A DNA stretch of 64,000 nucleotides from a virus (taxonomy: Duplodnaviria > Heunggongvirae > Uroviricota > Caudoviricetes): positions 71,124-135,123 of IMG/VR virus record IMGVR_UViG_3300021256_000055. One strand, 5' to 3'. Position 1 is the first letter of the stretch, and each line of letters begins with the position of its first letter. Under the pieces are notes generated by a model, which saw only the letters and a list, made by a program, of their open reading frames with translations, ran no database searches and was not told the origin of the DNA. Made by a program: the position numbers and the translations under genes. Below, in pieces: positions 17,091 to 27,567 of this stretch.

Positions 17091-18575
17091 CTATTCGGTT
17101 CTTTCCCAACAATATTTAACTGTATAAGGTGGCATAATATTGAATGCATCACCAGTAGCTTTACTATTACCGCCACCAGTAACTGTAATCTTTGCTGAGG
17201 TGGTTGTAGTATCATTTTTAGCGCTAGCATTATATAAAAGTGGATACGCATTTGATGAGCCACTGATACTATCTGTTTTTGTTATAGTTACTGTATGACT
17301 ATGCGCAGGTAAGTTTTTTGTTGCCAATGCTGCAGTTTTACTACCACCAGTAGTATCTACTGAGTCTGAATCACCAGCAGCATAAATAAAAGTATCTGTT
17401 ATACGTTTCCATTTTCCACCAAATAGCGTATCAGGTGAAGTATTCTTACTAGACCAATAGAGAGACCCTACTGGGTAAGATATATCTAGAACCATTCGTT
17501 TAATAGATTCTGTTAATTCTAGTTTAGAAGCGCTATCTAAATTTTCTGCGTTTTCAGATGCTTCTTTTAGGAATATCGGCTTTGCATTAGCTATTTTTTC
17601 ATCTATATCATTAAGAATAATCTCATGCAAAGAATTATCATAATCTTTAGCAGTTTTAAGTATACTTTCCTTATTAACAGTATCTCTAAACTCTGCTGTG
17701 GAAATAGCATCTGCAATAGCATTATTAAGTTCAGACCTAGTTACTTCAACTTCAGAATATGTAATATTTCCTTGTGAATCAGTCTTAACGCCATACTCTG
17801 GTGACGCGCCTACAGTAGCTTTTGCCAAATCGTAGGATACAGATAATACATTTTCACGTCCAAGATTTTTCCAGAATCGTAAAGTTATACCTTTTTCTTC
17901 AAGTTCTATTATTGTACCATCTTCTGTAGTTGGATATATTTCCATAACCTGAGACGCAAGCTTATTTACAATAGATTTCAAGTCATCTATAGATGGCGCA
18001 TTATTTTCATATAGTACTTTATCAGAATCTGGTAAAGTGCTTAATAATTCTTTTGTAGATTGTGAAATAACTTTATTAGCAGCGAGTATTATACTATCAC
18101 GTAGAGTTGTTTTAGCAATATTTTGAATTTCAGCAATATAATCATTTATAGTATCTGCATCACCACCGACTGCATGTATAAGCTCTTTAAAAAAATCGGT
18201 TTTAATTAAGCTCGCTTTATCTAATGCTGCGCAATCTACATCTATTTTTGTAGAAATATCAGATTTAACATTTGTTTCTAATAAATTAATCTGTTGTTCA
18301 GCATAGTCGATTGGACTTCCTAAGTTTTTACCACGCTCTAAATAATTTAATTGGTTTACTAAATCTGTAAAATTAAGAGTTGTATTCTCTGGGTTAGATA
18401 AAAGAGAAGTGTAATCCGTAACAATCTTATAATCAGAAATACCCCAGTTAAATACTGGATTTTCTGTACGCGCCCAAACTTGAGAATTTTCGGATTTAGT
18501 ATAAACTAAGCCGCCAGCATTTGCAACCTGCATTACGGCAATTTTTTGAGCAAGGTCTTTCTTAGATGCTGCCAT
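17091..18575 (-). CDS. Baseplate/tail protein with gp10-like C-terminal domain
   Basis: YPVGSLYWS..SPDTLFGGKW...GGSKT..L..KNLPAHSH...NIMPPY..YCWER; N-terminal about 330 aa paralogous to 14050-17082. Confidence 0.8.
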   Translation of the reverse strand: MAASKKDLAQKIAVMQVANAGGLVYTKSENSQVWARTENPVFNWGISDYKIVTDYTSLLSNPENTTLNFTDLVNQLNYLERGKNLGSPIDYAEQQINLLETNVKSDISTKIDVDCAALDKASLIKTDFFKELIHAVGGDADTINDYIAEIQNIAKTTLRDSIILAANKVISQSTKELLSTLPDSDKVLYENNAPSIDDLKSIVNKLASQVMEIYPTTEDGTIIELEEKGITLRFWKNLGRENVLSVSYDLAKATVGASPEYGVKTDSQGNITYSEVEVTRSELNNAIADAISTAEFRDTVNKESILKTAKDYDNSLHEIILNDIDEKIANAKPIFLKEASENAENLDSASKLELTESIKRMVLDISYPVGSLYWSSKNTSPDTLFGGKWKRITDTFIYAAGDSDSVDTTGGSKTAALATKNLPAHSHTVTITKTDSISGSSNAYPLLYNASAKNDTTTTSAKITVTGGGNSKATGDAFNIMPPYTVKYCWERTE

Positions 18576-18577
18576 TT

Positions 18578-19399
18578 TTATCTATTTACCTCCACAGTGC
18601 CAGTTGGGTTTGTCCAATTACCACCTGATATTTTAGTATGCTGGCACCATAGAGTATCCTCTAGAGTTTCCTGTAAAAGAACTACTGCTGTATCAGCCTT
18701 ATCTTCTTCATAACCTGAATTATTTTTATCATACCATTTACCATTATCAGAAGGTAATACGTAGTTAGTATTTTTTATATCACCACGAACTTTAACAGTT
18801 GCAGTTTGTTCGTCATTAGCTGCATTCTTGAAATGCTTTATACTATCACGGAATGGTAGGTCTGGATTATCTAATGAATTTCCAATAGCAGTACCCATGC
18901 GACCAATATATTTATAAAAAGAAATAGTTACCGCTTCATCAAGGTGTTCAGATACAAATTTTGCATCTGTAAAAGTTAAAGTACCCGCAGCAACATTAAA
19001 TATAGGATTTCCTACACCATATGCCAATCGGTGACCATTAAGATAAATTTTGGGAACATACGTATCACCAGAGTCCTCTAAAATAATATTTTTTAATTCT
19101 GGATTAGAAAAACTATTTAATGTTCCTTTTACTTTTGGTAATGGCAATGCATCATAATAAGAAATTAAATTATTTATAGTCGCACCATCATTAAAAGTAT
19201 ATACAATGCCTCTCTTAAAATGATTACCTTCAGTATCACTTGTATCTATAAGCTTACCTATATATTTTGGTGCAACTTCTGGTAAAAGATTTGCATCCCT
19301 CCAAATTTGGTTAGATTTAATTACTCTACCAACTGTTTTTTCGGGCTCTTCAAATTTTTCTCTAGAAGTTTCTACAAAGGATGTATATTCTTTATCCAT
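18578..19399 (-). CDS. Putative structural (baseplate/tail) protein
   Basis: Shares GVG....G.LTF / ISFY.Y.G.MG motif with the N-terminus of 19399-24180; operon context. Confidence 0.6.
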   Translation of the reverse strand: MDKEYTSFVETSREKFEEPEKTVGRVIKSNQIWRDANLLPEVAPKYIGKLIDTSDTEGNHFKRGIVYTFNDGATINNLISYYDALPLPKVKGTLNSFSNPELKNIILEDSGDTYVPKIYLNGHRLAYGVGNPIFNVAAGTLTFTDAKFVSEHLDEAVTISFYKYIGRMGTAIGNSLDNPDLPFRDSIKHFKNAANDEQTATVKVRGDIKNTNYVLPSDNGKWYDKNNSGYEEDKADTAVVLLQETLEDTLWCQHTKISGGNWTNPTGTVEVNR

Positions 19400-22300
19400 T
19401 AGATTAAATCCTCAATACTAATAGTTCTGAATGATAAACCAGAACCTTTTTTAATACCTACACGTATAATTAGCTTTCCAGAATAAGTGCTACGGCCAAA
19501 AGTGATTCTTTTACGAGTTGCTGTAGATTTACCAGCATACATAGCTGGGTCACCATCTTCACCACCCATATCGCCTACAGTAAGGAATCCATCATAAGGG
19601 CTATTACAGTCAATCCATTTTGTTATTGAAGGGTCGCCCGTACTAGCATTAGGATATATAACTTTAGCTTGTATAATTAAGTTTTCAGTTGATAATGAGT
19701 ATGGATCACATTTCCAAGCGTCTAACGCGTCATCAGCAACATGGAATCTTAGAGTAAACCCAGAGTTATAGTCTAAGATAACTTCACTTAAGTGGTCCTC
19801 ATCGAGGCCAAATTGTGTAAGTGTTACAAATCTATATTTTTCACCATCTATATCAGCGCCAGTTGTAACATTTGAGTAGTTTGTTTTTTCTAGTGGGTCA
19901 TACTCATAGTATATACCTTCTGGCCATTTATATTCCGAGATGGCTCTTGTTTTATCACCAACAGTTACATTTCTACCAACTTTTTGTAATTCATAGATAT
20001 AAACATCATCCGTCAGCTTAGCGCGAGAATCCCATTCTGCGTTACCGCAGAATGTGCGTTTATCTGGCTGATATTTTGGATATAAATCACTTCCAGAGAA
20101 TACACGCTCAGTTTCGGTAGTTGGGTCAAATCGAATATTATAGTTAAAAATATTATTAAACTGCTTACTATTACCATAAACATCATAGATTATAGCGCTC
20201 AAAGAGAAGTTTGTATAAACACCGTCATTATGTACAGGGTATGCATCGCGATACATAACATAGTCAAATACTTCTGGACTGCCATCGATATTAGGCGCAA
20301 TAGTAAATTGTGGTGTTTTCAATTCTGGGTCAATATTAGAGAAAACCTTAATAAGTTTATCATTATCAATATTTACAGCATCCTTAAGAGCGGCTTTTAT
20401 ACGGTATGTAAGGTTAAATGTAAATGGTGAATGTTTCATTTTAATTGATTTAACGCCTGAACAATATCCTGCCTCTTCTGCATTTATTACGGTATCAGAT
20501 ACAATTCCCTTACGAGATGCTACGTCATCCATTTCAGTCTGACCTAGCATATAAGGTTTTATAATTTCAATCTGATATGGTTCTGTAGCGCCTACTACGC
20601 CTTTCATAAATATAGGATTTTTAGGAGTAACGTCAGATACGCCAATCTTAAAAGTATGTACACCAATACCTAAATTGCCTACTGGAGTCATATCTGCTCT
20701 AGTACCATAGAAGTAGCCCTCACCAGCGAACTCATTTATATATGGATCAAATGGCTTATCAATATTCATCATTGTAAGTTGTTGGCCATTTTCTTCATCA
20801 TATTCAATAGTTACTGCATCAGACTTTGTAGTCATATCATGAGATTCTAAATCATTATCTATATAACCAGTAATTTTACCAGAATCACCAAAATAAAAAA
20901 TACTTTTCCAATCTTGGCCTCTAGGTGTTTGGACACTAAACTTAGCAACTGTACTATCAATATTTAAGTCATAAGCAGTCTCAATAGTATCGCCTATTAC
21001 ACCATTAGAGCTAACACGTCGGAATTGAGTAGTAAGGTATTGCTTAACTGGTTCAAGATGTAAAGTGGAAATATTTGCTGGGTGCTTAACTTGTAATTTT
21101 TTAAGTTCAACGTTAACTTGGTCGAAAGCTTCACCAATAGTTTTCTTACCTAAGTCTAATGCACCTAAGCCCCAACCATTTTCAAATGAGTCCCTTGCCA
21201 ACTTCCAGAACCAAGCTATACGTCCAGAAGAAGAATCTGTATTATTACCTGTAGTATAGATAGGAAGAATAGAATATACTGGGTCTTGATAAGCTCTATC
21301 TAATTTTTCAAAATAAGAACCATTCCAAATAATCCAGTCACCCGCAGTAAATACTAGACCACCTGTTAAAAGGTAATCTTTTAATTTATCACCATAACCA
21401 CTTGATGAGCTACTAGTGCCTGTATTTTCATCTAACTCTTCGCCCTCTTCAGGCTCCGCTAAAATATTTTTAACATCTTCCTCAGTAAGTTTTTCAAGTT
21501 GGTTTACCGCATCTATAGGTAACGATGTAGCTAATACTTTTAATTTACCATTTTCAAACTTATATTGGAGTACACTGTTTTGGTCGCTTACTGGATTATC
21601 TATATCAATTTGTGTTGAAGATGCAACTACCCAGAACCAACCAGGCTGTAATTTATGGTCATCAACTTTTAAGTCTAACGAAAGATATGGATGTTCATCC
21701 ATAGTTTCTTCAAAAGTTGGGAATCTACCCTCATTTGTATCAAATGCCCAGGAGCCAATATAAAGAAGACCACCATATGCTACAGAGTCAGGTAATTCTG
21801 TAAGTGGAACTTTACCAGCTACTAAGTCTGCTTTTGTTAAATATAAATCTTCAAGTGCACCTTGTAATGTTTCACCTGTATGAGTTTCTTCACCATCATA
21901 ATTATCATCACGCTTATATACATCATCTACTTTAATTTGAGATGCATCAATATGACATGAGAGCTCATATACATTTTCATCAGCTGTTGCTTTCCAAAAT
22001 AAGAATGCATCATCTATATTAAGAGATACTTTATTTTGGTCTTCATCATAAGTAAAATGATTAGCAAATTCTGCGTAGTTTAGATACTGGTCATTTTTCT
22101 TTGAATATATTGGGAACATTCCAACATTTGGAATTTCTCGACGGTTAATAGTAGCCGCAAATTTTCTAACTATACAGCCTCTAAATTGAACAATTGTAGG
22201 TTTTTCAGTTACATTCTGAAAGAAACAATTTCCAACTAAAACATCTTGGTGTTCCTTAAAAGATGCAACATCAGCTGTAATACTGGTTACTACTGCATGC

Positions 22301-24180
22301 GCTGCATCTACATCAATTTGTCCAAAGGTAGAATGGGAAACAGTAAGAACTATTTTTCCACTTTCAAGAGGCTCTTCAAAAGTATCAACATCATTTTTAA
22401 TAGTTACATTTTTATTAAAAGACGTTTCTGTAATGAAGATACTATTATCAGAGCTTTCTACACTTAAAGAACCAGTAGAAGTAACATTTCTAAGGATTAA
22501 AATAGATTTTTTTGACTTAAATACTAAATCTGGACCTTCAAAATGAATATTACGTGCTAAAATAATTCCATCTTGGTTAGAGTCATAAGAAATAGTTTTA
22601 TTATCACCCTTAATAATTACACTACCGCTTGTTTCACCAACAAAAGTAGCATTATTAAGTGCAGCTAAATCTAAGTCTTCTGATAATTCATATGTACCAG
22701 CTCTTAAGAAAATTGCGCCCTTAAAGTTTACTTTTTCAACACCATCCTCAATTATAGTAAAGTCAGATACAATTCTCTTAAAAATATCATTAAGATAGAA
22801 GCCAGTTTTATTTTTTACAACATAATCTGCAGATTTTGTGCTATACTCACCTTCAGCTGCAATAGTTACAGAATAATTTCTAGGACCATAATAATCTGGC
22901 GTGATAGAATCTGAATATGCTGAAATTGCAGCAGAGTCCATTGTTACTGATGGAGGTATTTTACCATTTATAGCAACAATAGTAAAACCAAAGTTACCAT
23001 CAAGCTCTTCTTTTGTAATAAATGGTAAATATTCCTGAGTAGTTTTATTCCAGTAGAGTAATAAAGCAGTTGTTTTTGTAGGGTCTTCAGTAATAGATAC
23101 AGTATATGTATCATCTGGAATAATAACATCTGTCTCAATAATGATAAATCCATTTTCATCTTTATTAGGAAGCTTATAAATACCCCCAGTAATTGTTTTG
23201 GCTTTACCACCATCAAAAGATGCTTGGCCATTCTCTACTACAACTGTATGGGTTTCGTTTTTATCAATACCTTGTGATACAAATGTAACCTTAAATGGAC
23301 CTGAAGAACTGCCTAGTTTATCTGAAAGTAAAGTACCAATTTCAGCGTCAGCAGAATCGTCGTAACCCTTTACCTTATCCTTAGTAAATGTATATTCAAG
23401 CGCAATAATTTTTTCAAGAGAAAGTGCGATACCTTCATTTTTATCAGCGCCATCCCAACCATATGTTGAGGCAAATCCATCTTCTACTTTATTTGCAAGT
23501 CTAGTGATTGTATCAAAGAGTGACGCATCATTATCATTTGGGTTATTAGTAAATGTATATACACCTTTAGCTATATGCCAGTTTTCAATTGGAAGTGTGG
23601 CGCCATCATAGCCATATGTGTCCTGGCGGAAGCCCATACCACCAGTATACTGATAGAAAGAAATTTTAGGTGGATGATTATGGTCTACACCCTCAGGTAA
23701 ATCACCATAGAAAGTAAGTACACCAGAGAATGTATCAAGCTGCCAGTCACCTACACCAAAGTAGATGCGTTTACCATCATCTGTTGTTAAATAATAGTTA
23801 TAGAGGTCAAGTGCAAAATTAAAAGGAATAATATTTTTTATTTGATTGCCATCTTTATCAACAAGCTTAAATGACTTATCTGTACCATTATCTATCTTTG
23901 TAAGAGGGTAATTTTCATGTTTAGTAAATACTGGAATATATGTAGACTCATCTTTTTGCCAAGTCCATACATCTCCATCTTTGAAGTTCTTAATTTTGTA
24001 GTACGTATCATCCTTGATTGTTGGTCTAGGAATCTGGTCATAATACATAAGCAACTGGTCAGGGCTAACGCTAAAGGCTGATGCCAATGACTCTTCAAAG
24101 AAGTCTCTACTAGTTCTGGTATCAGCTACTCCTGAGTAATGCTTATAAAGTTTGGTTGTTATTTGTTCTACACTTGGCAT
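19399..24180 (-). CDS. Large structural protein (1593 aa) with beta-helix-like region; probable baseplate/tailspike
   Basis: IFLRAGTYEL pectate-lyase-like start, GGLLYIGSW...GDWIIWNG tail-protein motif; adjacent to fibre genes. Confidence 0.6.
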   Translation of the reverse strand: MPSVEQITTKLYKHYSGVADTRTSRDFFEESLASAFSVSPDQLLMYYDQIPRPTIKDDTYYKIKNFKDGDVWTWQKDESTYIPVFTKHENYPLTKIDNGTDKSFKLVDKDGNQIKNIIPFNFALDLYNYYLTTDDGKRIYFGVGDWQLDTFSGVLTFYGDLPEGVDHNHPPKISFYQYTGGMGFRQDTYGYDGATLPIENWHIAKGVYTFTNNPNDNDASLFDTITRLANKVEDGFASTYGWDGADKNEGIALSLEKIIALEYTFTKDKVKGYDDSADAEIGTLLSDKLGSSSGPFKVTFVSQGIDKNETHTVVVENGQASFDGGKAKTITGGIYKLPNKDENGFIIIETDVIIPDDTYTVSITEDPTKTTALLLYWNKTTQEYLPFITKEELDGNFGFTIVAINGKIPPSVTMDSAAISAYSDSITPDYYGPRNYSVTIAAEGEYSTKSADYVVKNKTGFYLNDIFKRIVSDFTIIEDGVEKVNFKGAIFLRAGTYELSEDLDLAALNNATFVGETSGSVIIKGDNKTISYDSNQDGIILARNIHFEGPDLVFKSKKSILILRNVTSTGSLSVESSDNSIFITETSFNKNVTIKNDVDTFEEPLESGKIVLTVSHSTFGQIDVDAAHAVVTSITADVASFKEHQDVLVGNCFFQNVTEKPTIVQFRGCIVRKFAATINRREIPNVGMFPIYSKKNDQYLNYAEFANHFTYDEDQNKVSLNIDDAFLFWKATADENVYELSCHIDASQIKVDDVYKRDDNYDGEETHTGETLQGALEDLYLTKADLVAGKVPLTELPDSVAYGGLLYIGSWAFDTNEGRFPTFEETMDEHPYLSLDLKVDDHKLQPGWFWVVASSTQIDIDNPVSDQNSVLQYKFENGKLKVLATSLPIDAVNQLEKLTEEDVKNILAEPEEGEELDENTGTSSSSSGYGDKLKDYLLTGGLVFTAGDWIIWNGSYFEKLDRAYQDPVYSILPIYTTGNNTDSSSGRIAWFWKLARDSFENGWGLGALDLGKKTIGEAFDQVNVELKKLQVKHPANISTLHLEPVKQYLTTQFRRVSSNGVIGDTIETAYDLNIDSTVAKFSVQTPRGQDWKSIFYFGDSGKITGYIDNDLESHDMTTKSDAVTIEYDEENGQQLTMMNIDKPFDPYINEFAGEGYFYGTRADMTPVGNLGIGVHTFKIGVSDVTPKNPIFMKGVVGATEPYQIEIIKPYMLGQTEMDDVASRKGIVSDTVINAEEAGYCSGVKSIKMKHSPFTFNLTYRIKAALKDAVNIDNDKLIKVFSNIDPELKTPQFTIAPNIDGSPEVFDYVMYRDAYPVHNDGVYTNFSLSAIIYDVYGNSKQFNNIFNYNIRFDPTTETERVFSGSDLYPKYQPDKRTFCGNAEWDSRAKLTDDVYIYELQKVGRNVTVGDKTRAISEYKWPEGIYYEYDPLEKTNYSNVTTGADIDGEKYRFVTLTQFGLDEDHLSEVILDYNSGFTLRFHVADDALDAWKCDPYSLSTENLIIQAKVIYPNASTGDPSITKWIDCNSPYDGFLTVGDMGGEDGDPAMYAGKSTATRKRITFGRSTYSGKLIIRVGIKKGSGLSFRTISIEDLI

Positions 24181-24246
24181 TTATATTTTCCTTATTTCTT
24201 TATTATATAAAGTTAGTCGAGATTTTATAACGTACCCTTTAGTAGT

Positions 24247-24651
24247 CTAACTTAGACTTTTCGACATTATTTCGCCATATTCATCAGTATGATCATATTT
24301 ATAGCCACATTTATTATAAAATCCCATAACTTTTTTACTATTTGGTCTTAAATAAAGAGTTTTTATTCCAAATGCTATAGCTATAAATTCTATTTTTTCC
24401 ATTAGCATAGACCCAATACCTAAGTTTTGATAATCCGGACTAACAGATACTCCAAAAAGATAGCCATCTTCTAAGTTTTCTTCGGTATCTCTATCTTTAT
24501 ATTCTAAGCCTACCTGTCCAATAATTTGATTATCATCAAGGACTTCTAACTTTATGGAATGGGTTTCCATTACAAAGCCTTTGTTCCAATTAGAACAACC
24601 ATGATATACTAAATCTTTTCCAGAATTTATCTTATATATTAATCTACTCAT
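24247..24651 (-). CDS. GNAT-family acetyltransferase
   Basis: VSVSPDYQNLGIGSMLM motif A, FYNKCGY motif B; ATG 24651 overlaps upstream stop. Confidence 0.88.
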   Translation of the reverse strand: MSRLIYKINSGKDLVYHGCSNWNKGFVMETHSIKLEVLDDNQIIGQVGLEYKDRDTEENLEDGYLFGVSVSPDYQNLGIGSMLMEKIEFIAIAFGIKTLYLRPNSKKVMGFYNKCGYKYDHTDEYGEIMSKSLS

Positions 24652-25630
24652 TTGCTTTAGACCTATCATTTAATACTATAGAGTTTTTAGTTTGTATAAA
24701 GTATTTAGACTCTTTACAGATATCTAAAGTACCAATTTCACAATCCTTAAAAATAATCTTAATATCTTCAGGTAGTGCTTTTAACGCTTCAACTCTTTGA
24801 AAATATCTATCCTTAAAAATAATCTTTTTAGGATATTTTTTATGTTCCCTTTTTATATCTTCTAAAAAAGTATTTATATTAAAATATTCTGCTAAGCTAT
24901 AAAAATACTTTTCATTAAATGTCCATCTATACGCTATACAAAGCCAAGTATCTAAGAAATTATCATCAATTATAAGAATTTTAGATGCTTCATCTGGCAC
25001 AACAATATATTTTGCATCAAGCTCGTTTGCTTTAGCAATGATATAGTTTTGATACATTCTTAGAATGTTTTCATCAGAGTATTTTTTAATAATACGATTA
25101 CTTTCTTCAATCTGCACTTCTTGAGCTAAGTCCATAGACTGCTCAATTGGAGTAGCAAAAAATAAATCTACCTCATAATATCCTGATGGCTCTTCAGGAG
25201 AAGGAATTTTATGTTTGGTTTTTAATTTTTTAATCTTAAACCTACCAAAAGTAAGAGCTTCTTTTTCATAGTCATAAACTAGCTCTTTATTGCCTTCTGG
25301 TAAAATATATGCTTTAGTTCCTTTATCAAATACAACAATTCCGCTGAACTTACCAAAGTGGTCACGTAATCTAGGATTTTTATATTCATCAAACATACTA
25401 GAAGAATATGAAACAGATACTAGCCCTAAAGTAACTTCAGTTTCATTTGTGTCCTCTAGAGAAATGTATATGTAATCTGTTGCTTGAATACCACGATAGT
25501 AATAAGATTCTATTGGTTCACTAGCTAATATATCTTTATAGAATGCGCTAGGTTCGAATGCTCTTAAGCTATCACATTTTGTTTTCCAAAGATCTACTAA
25601 GCTAGCTTCAGATAAATTTGATAAAGCCAT
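24644..25630 (-). CDS. Hypothetical late protein (328 aa)
   Basis: Long ORF, ACTAATT 6 nt upstream, N-terminal NLSE-A site. Confidence 0.75.
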   Translation of the reverse strand: MALSNLSEASLVDLWKTKCDSLRAFEPSAFYKDILASEPIESYYYRGIQATDYIYISLEDTNETEVTLGLVSVSYSSSMFDEYKNPRLRDHFGKFSGIVVFDKGTKAYILPEGNKELVYDYEKEALTFGRFKIKKLKTKHKIPSPEEPSGYYEVDLFFATPIEQSMDLAQEVQIEESNRIIKKYSDENILRMYQNYIIAKANELDAKYIVVPDEASKILIIDDNFLDTWLCIAYRWTFNEKYFYSLAEYFNINTFLEDIKREHKKYPKKIIFKDRYFQRVEALKALPEDIKIIFKDCEIGTLDICKESKYFIQTKNSIVLNDRSKANE

Positions 25631-25636
25631 AATAAA

Positions 25637-25674
25637 AATTAGTAAGCGCTTCCACTAACCCATTAGAACTAATT
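25637..25674. promoter_or_regulatory. Divergent pair of ACTAATT candidate late promoters
   Basis: Minus 25637-25643 (6 nt before ATG 25630), plus 25668-25674. Confidence 0.55.
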
Positions 25675-25712
25675 AAAATAATAATTATACCTAAAATAGG
25701 AATTTGTATACT

Positions 25713-27005
25713 ATGGCAGATTTTAATACATTTGTAAAAAAGCTCTATGATGAGGGCTATTTTGAATTAAATAAAGATGGCACCAGTATTGATTGGTGCG
25801 TTAGTAAATTTACGGAAAATCCTAAATGGCCTGAAGGTCTTGATACTGAAAATTTTGATATTACTAGTATCAGTGATGAGCGCATCCATGGTTATGCTTG
25901 TGGAGACTGGCAGGAAGGAACAACATTCAGTATTGAGTTACATGATAATGACTTAGTATTTATTCCGTTTGATCCAGGAAAAAATGATAGTAAAGTAATT
26001 CTTAAGCATAAGCGTGCAGAAATGGCAGAAATTGTTAAATCAAATGTCAAATCTATTAAAGAAGCAAATGCAATGGAATATTTCTATAAACAACTTCATC
26101 TAATATTCCGTAGATATGAAGGCGAAGATTATGGTTTTGGCCGTGGTGAAGCTAGACATGGCGAAGAAAATGTATACATGCTCTATATACGTGGTAAAGA
26201 TGGAGTACAGGCAACAATTACTATAGAGCCTACAGATAGAGATGTTACATATAAGGTAAGATGTTTAGGATTTGTATCGGATGAAATGACTACTACTTCT
26301 ACGCGATTAGAAGCTGATATAGACCAGACAATTCATTCTATTGTAGTTTGGCTTAAAGATAAATTTAAACTTTACGAAGCATCCACTTATGATGAGAATG
26401 GAGACCTTACATCTATTAAAGAATCTGCAGTAACAGATACTAAGACTATTAAAAATCTTTTTAATGAGTTTAATAAAGAATTCTTTAATGGTGAGCTCCC
26501 AGATGTAGAAATTAAAATTACAAATAAAGATACTGAACACTCAAAAGGTGTAGCTGGTAGCTTTAACTTCCATAAGAGTATCCATACAAATAATGGAGAG
26601 AATAAACACTATACTCTTGCAGACCTTAAGAAAGAAAAGAATCTAGAAGGCGAAGCACAAAGAGCTCTTGATTATATTAAGGGAAATGCTTATATTGAGC
26701 TTCCTAAGGATATTGTAGAAAAGGGTAAATATTACTACGCATCTGTTCTTCTTCATGAAATGGTACATGAGTACATTGAATTCTGTACAAACTCTCATGA
26801 ATCAGATTGTCATGGGCCAGATTTCAAACGTAAAGTTGATGAAATTAATAAAAAGTCAAAAAATGAATGGCGAGTAGCCTATGAAGAAGTTCCACCAGAG
26901 CTTCATTCAGATAAGCCAATTGAGGAAAGACCTGAAGACATTAAGGAGTCTTTCTGGGGCGCATACTATAAAAATGGGCTAAATAATAAAAGCTTAAGAG
27001 ACTAA
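25713..27005 (+). CDS. Multi-module protein with C-terminal SprT-like Zn metalloprotease
   Basis: LFNEFNKEFFNGELP...LLHEMVHE...HGPDF; modules separated by IKE-A/LYE-A/IKE-S. Confidence 0.8.
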   Translation: MADFNTFVKKLYDEGYFELNKDGTSIDWCVSKFTENPKWPEGLDTENFDITSISDERIHGYACGDWQEGTTFSIELHDNDLVFIPFDPGKNDSKVILKHKRAEMAEIVKSNVKSIKEANAMEYFYKQLHLIFRRYEGEDYGFGRGEARHGEENVYMLYIRGKDGVQATITIEPTDRDVTYKVRCLGFVSDEMTTTSTRLEADIDQTIHSIVVWLKDKFKLYEASTYDENGDLTSIKESAVTDTKTIKNLFNEFNKEFFNGELPDVEIKITNKDTEHSKGVAGSFNFHKSIHTNNGENKHYTLADLKKEKNLEGEAQRALDYIKGNAYIELPKDIVEKGKYYYASVLLHEMVHEYIEFCTNSHESDCHGPDFKRKVDEINKKSKNEWRVAYEEVPPELHSDKPIEERPEDIKESFWGAYYKNGLNNKSLRD

Positions 27006-27028
27006 AACTAGATATAGTATATAAAAAG

Positions 27029-27053
27029 AAAAGCTCCTCATTGAGGAGCTTTT
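27029..27053. terminator. Bidirectional intrinsic terminator
   Basis: aaaagctcctc-att-gaggagctttt between convergent genes. Confidence 0.85.
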
Positions 27054-27075
27054 TAATTTTAGAAGAATATTTTTA

Positions 27076-27567
27076 TTAGTCTTCTGTCTGTCCTTCCATT
27101 GCTGCAAGGTCCTGAGTTTCAGAATCATCAAGAACAACACTAAGAGATTCAATAGCCATAGCTACAGATTCATAAGCGCCAGTATCAGCAAGATTAGCAG
27201 CTGACAATTTAGCCTGAACAGATTTAAGGTCTCTAATGATACCTTCAACAGACATTGTTTTGTCAGATTTACCAGCATTAGCAGCTTTTTCCATTCTCTT
27301 TACGATAGGGAAGATTGAATCACTGAATGATTTTCCAGCTGGTTTTCCACCTTCCAAAGCGTCATCTGGATAGAACTCATAGAAGTCTGCAATATACTTC
27401 TTCCACTTTTCATTAGCTGGAGTACCAGGTTTAACATGACTTGGGTCTTTATAAACGTCGAGTACCTCAGGAAACTCATTGATGAAATCACGAACATGGT
27501 CAGCCTTAGCTTTAGCCATTTCGCTCATCTTATAGATGTTTTCAAAAATTCTCTGATTTGCTGTCAT
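27076..27567 (-). CDS. Hypothetical late protein, possible internal head protein
   Basis: GAGG RBS before ATG 27567 (MTANQRIFE); two ACTAATT motifs upstream. Confidence 0.7.
   Translation of the reverse strand: MTANQRIFENIYKMSEMAKAKADHVRDFINEFPEVLDVYKDPSHVKPGTPANEKWKKYIADFYEFYPDDALEGGKPAGKSFSDSIFPIVKRMEKAANAGKSDKTMSVEGIIRDLKSVQAKLSAANLADTGAYESVAMAIESLSVVLDDSETQDLAAMEGQTED

Noticed and set aside
14050-18575. Diversity-generating retroelement or invertible tail-fibre cassette
   Set aside because: No reverse transcriptase or invertase in the window, and no near-identical TR/VR nucleotide pair noticed; paralogy is at diverged protein level.
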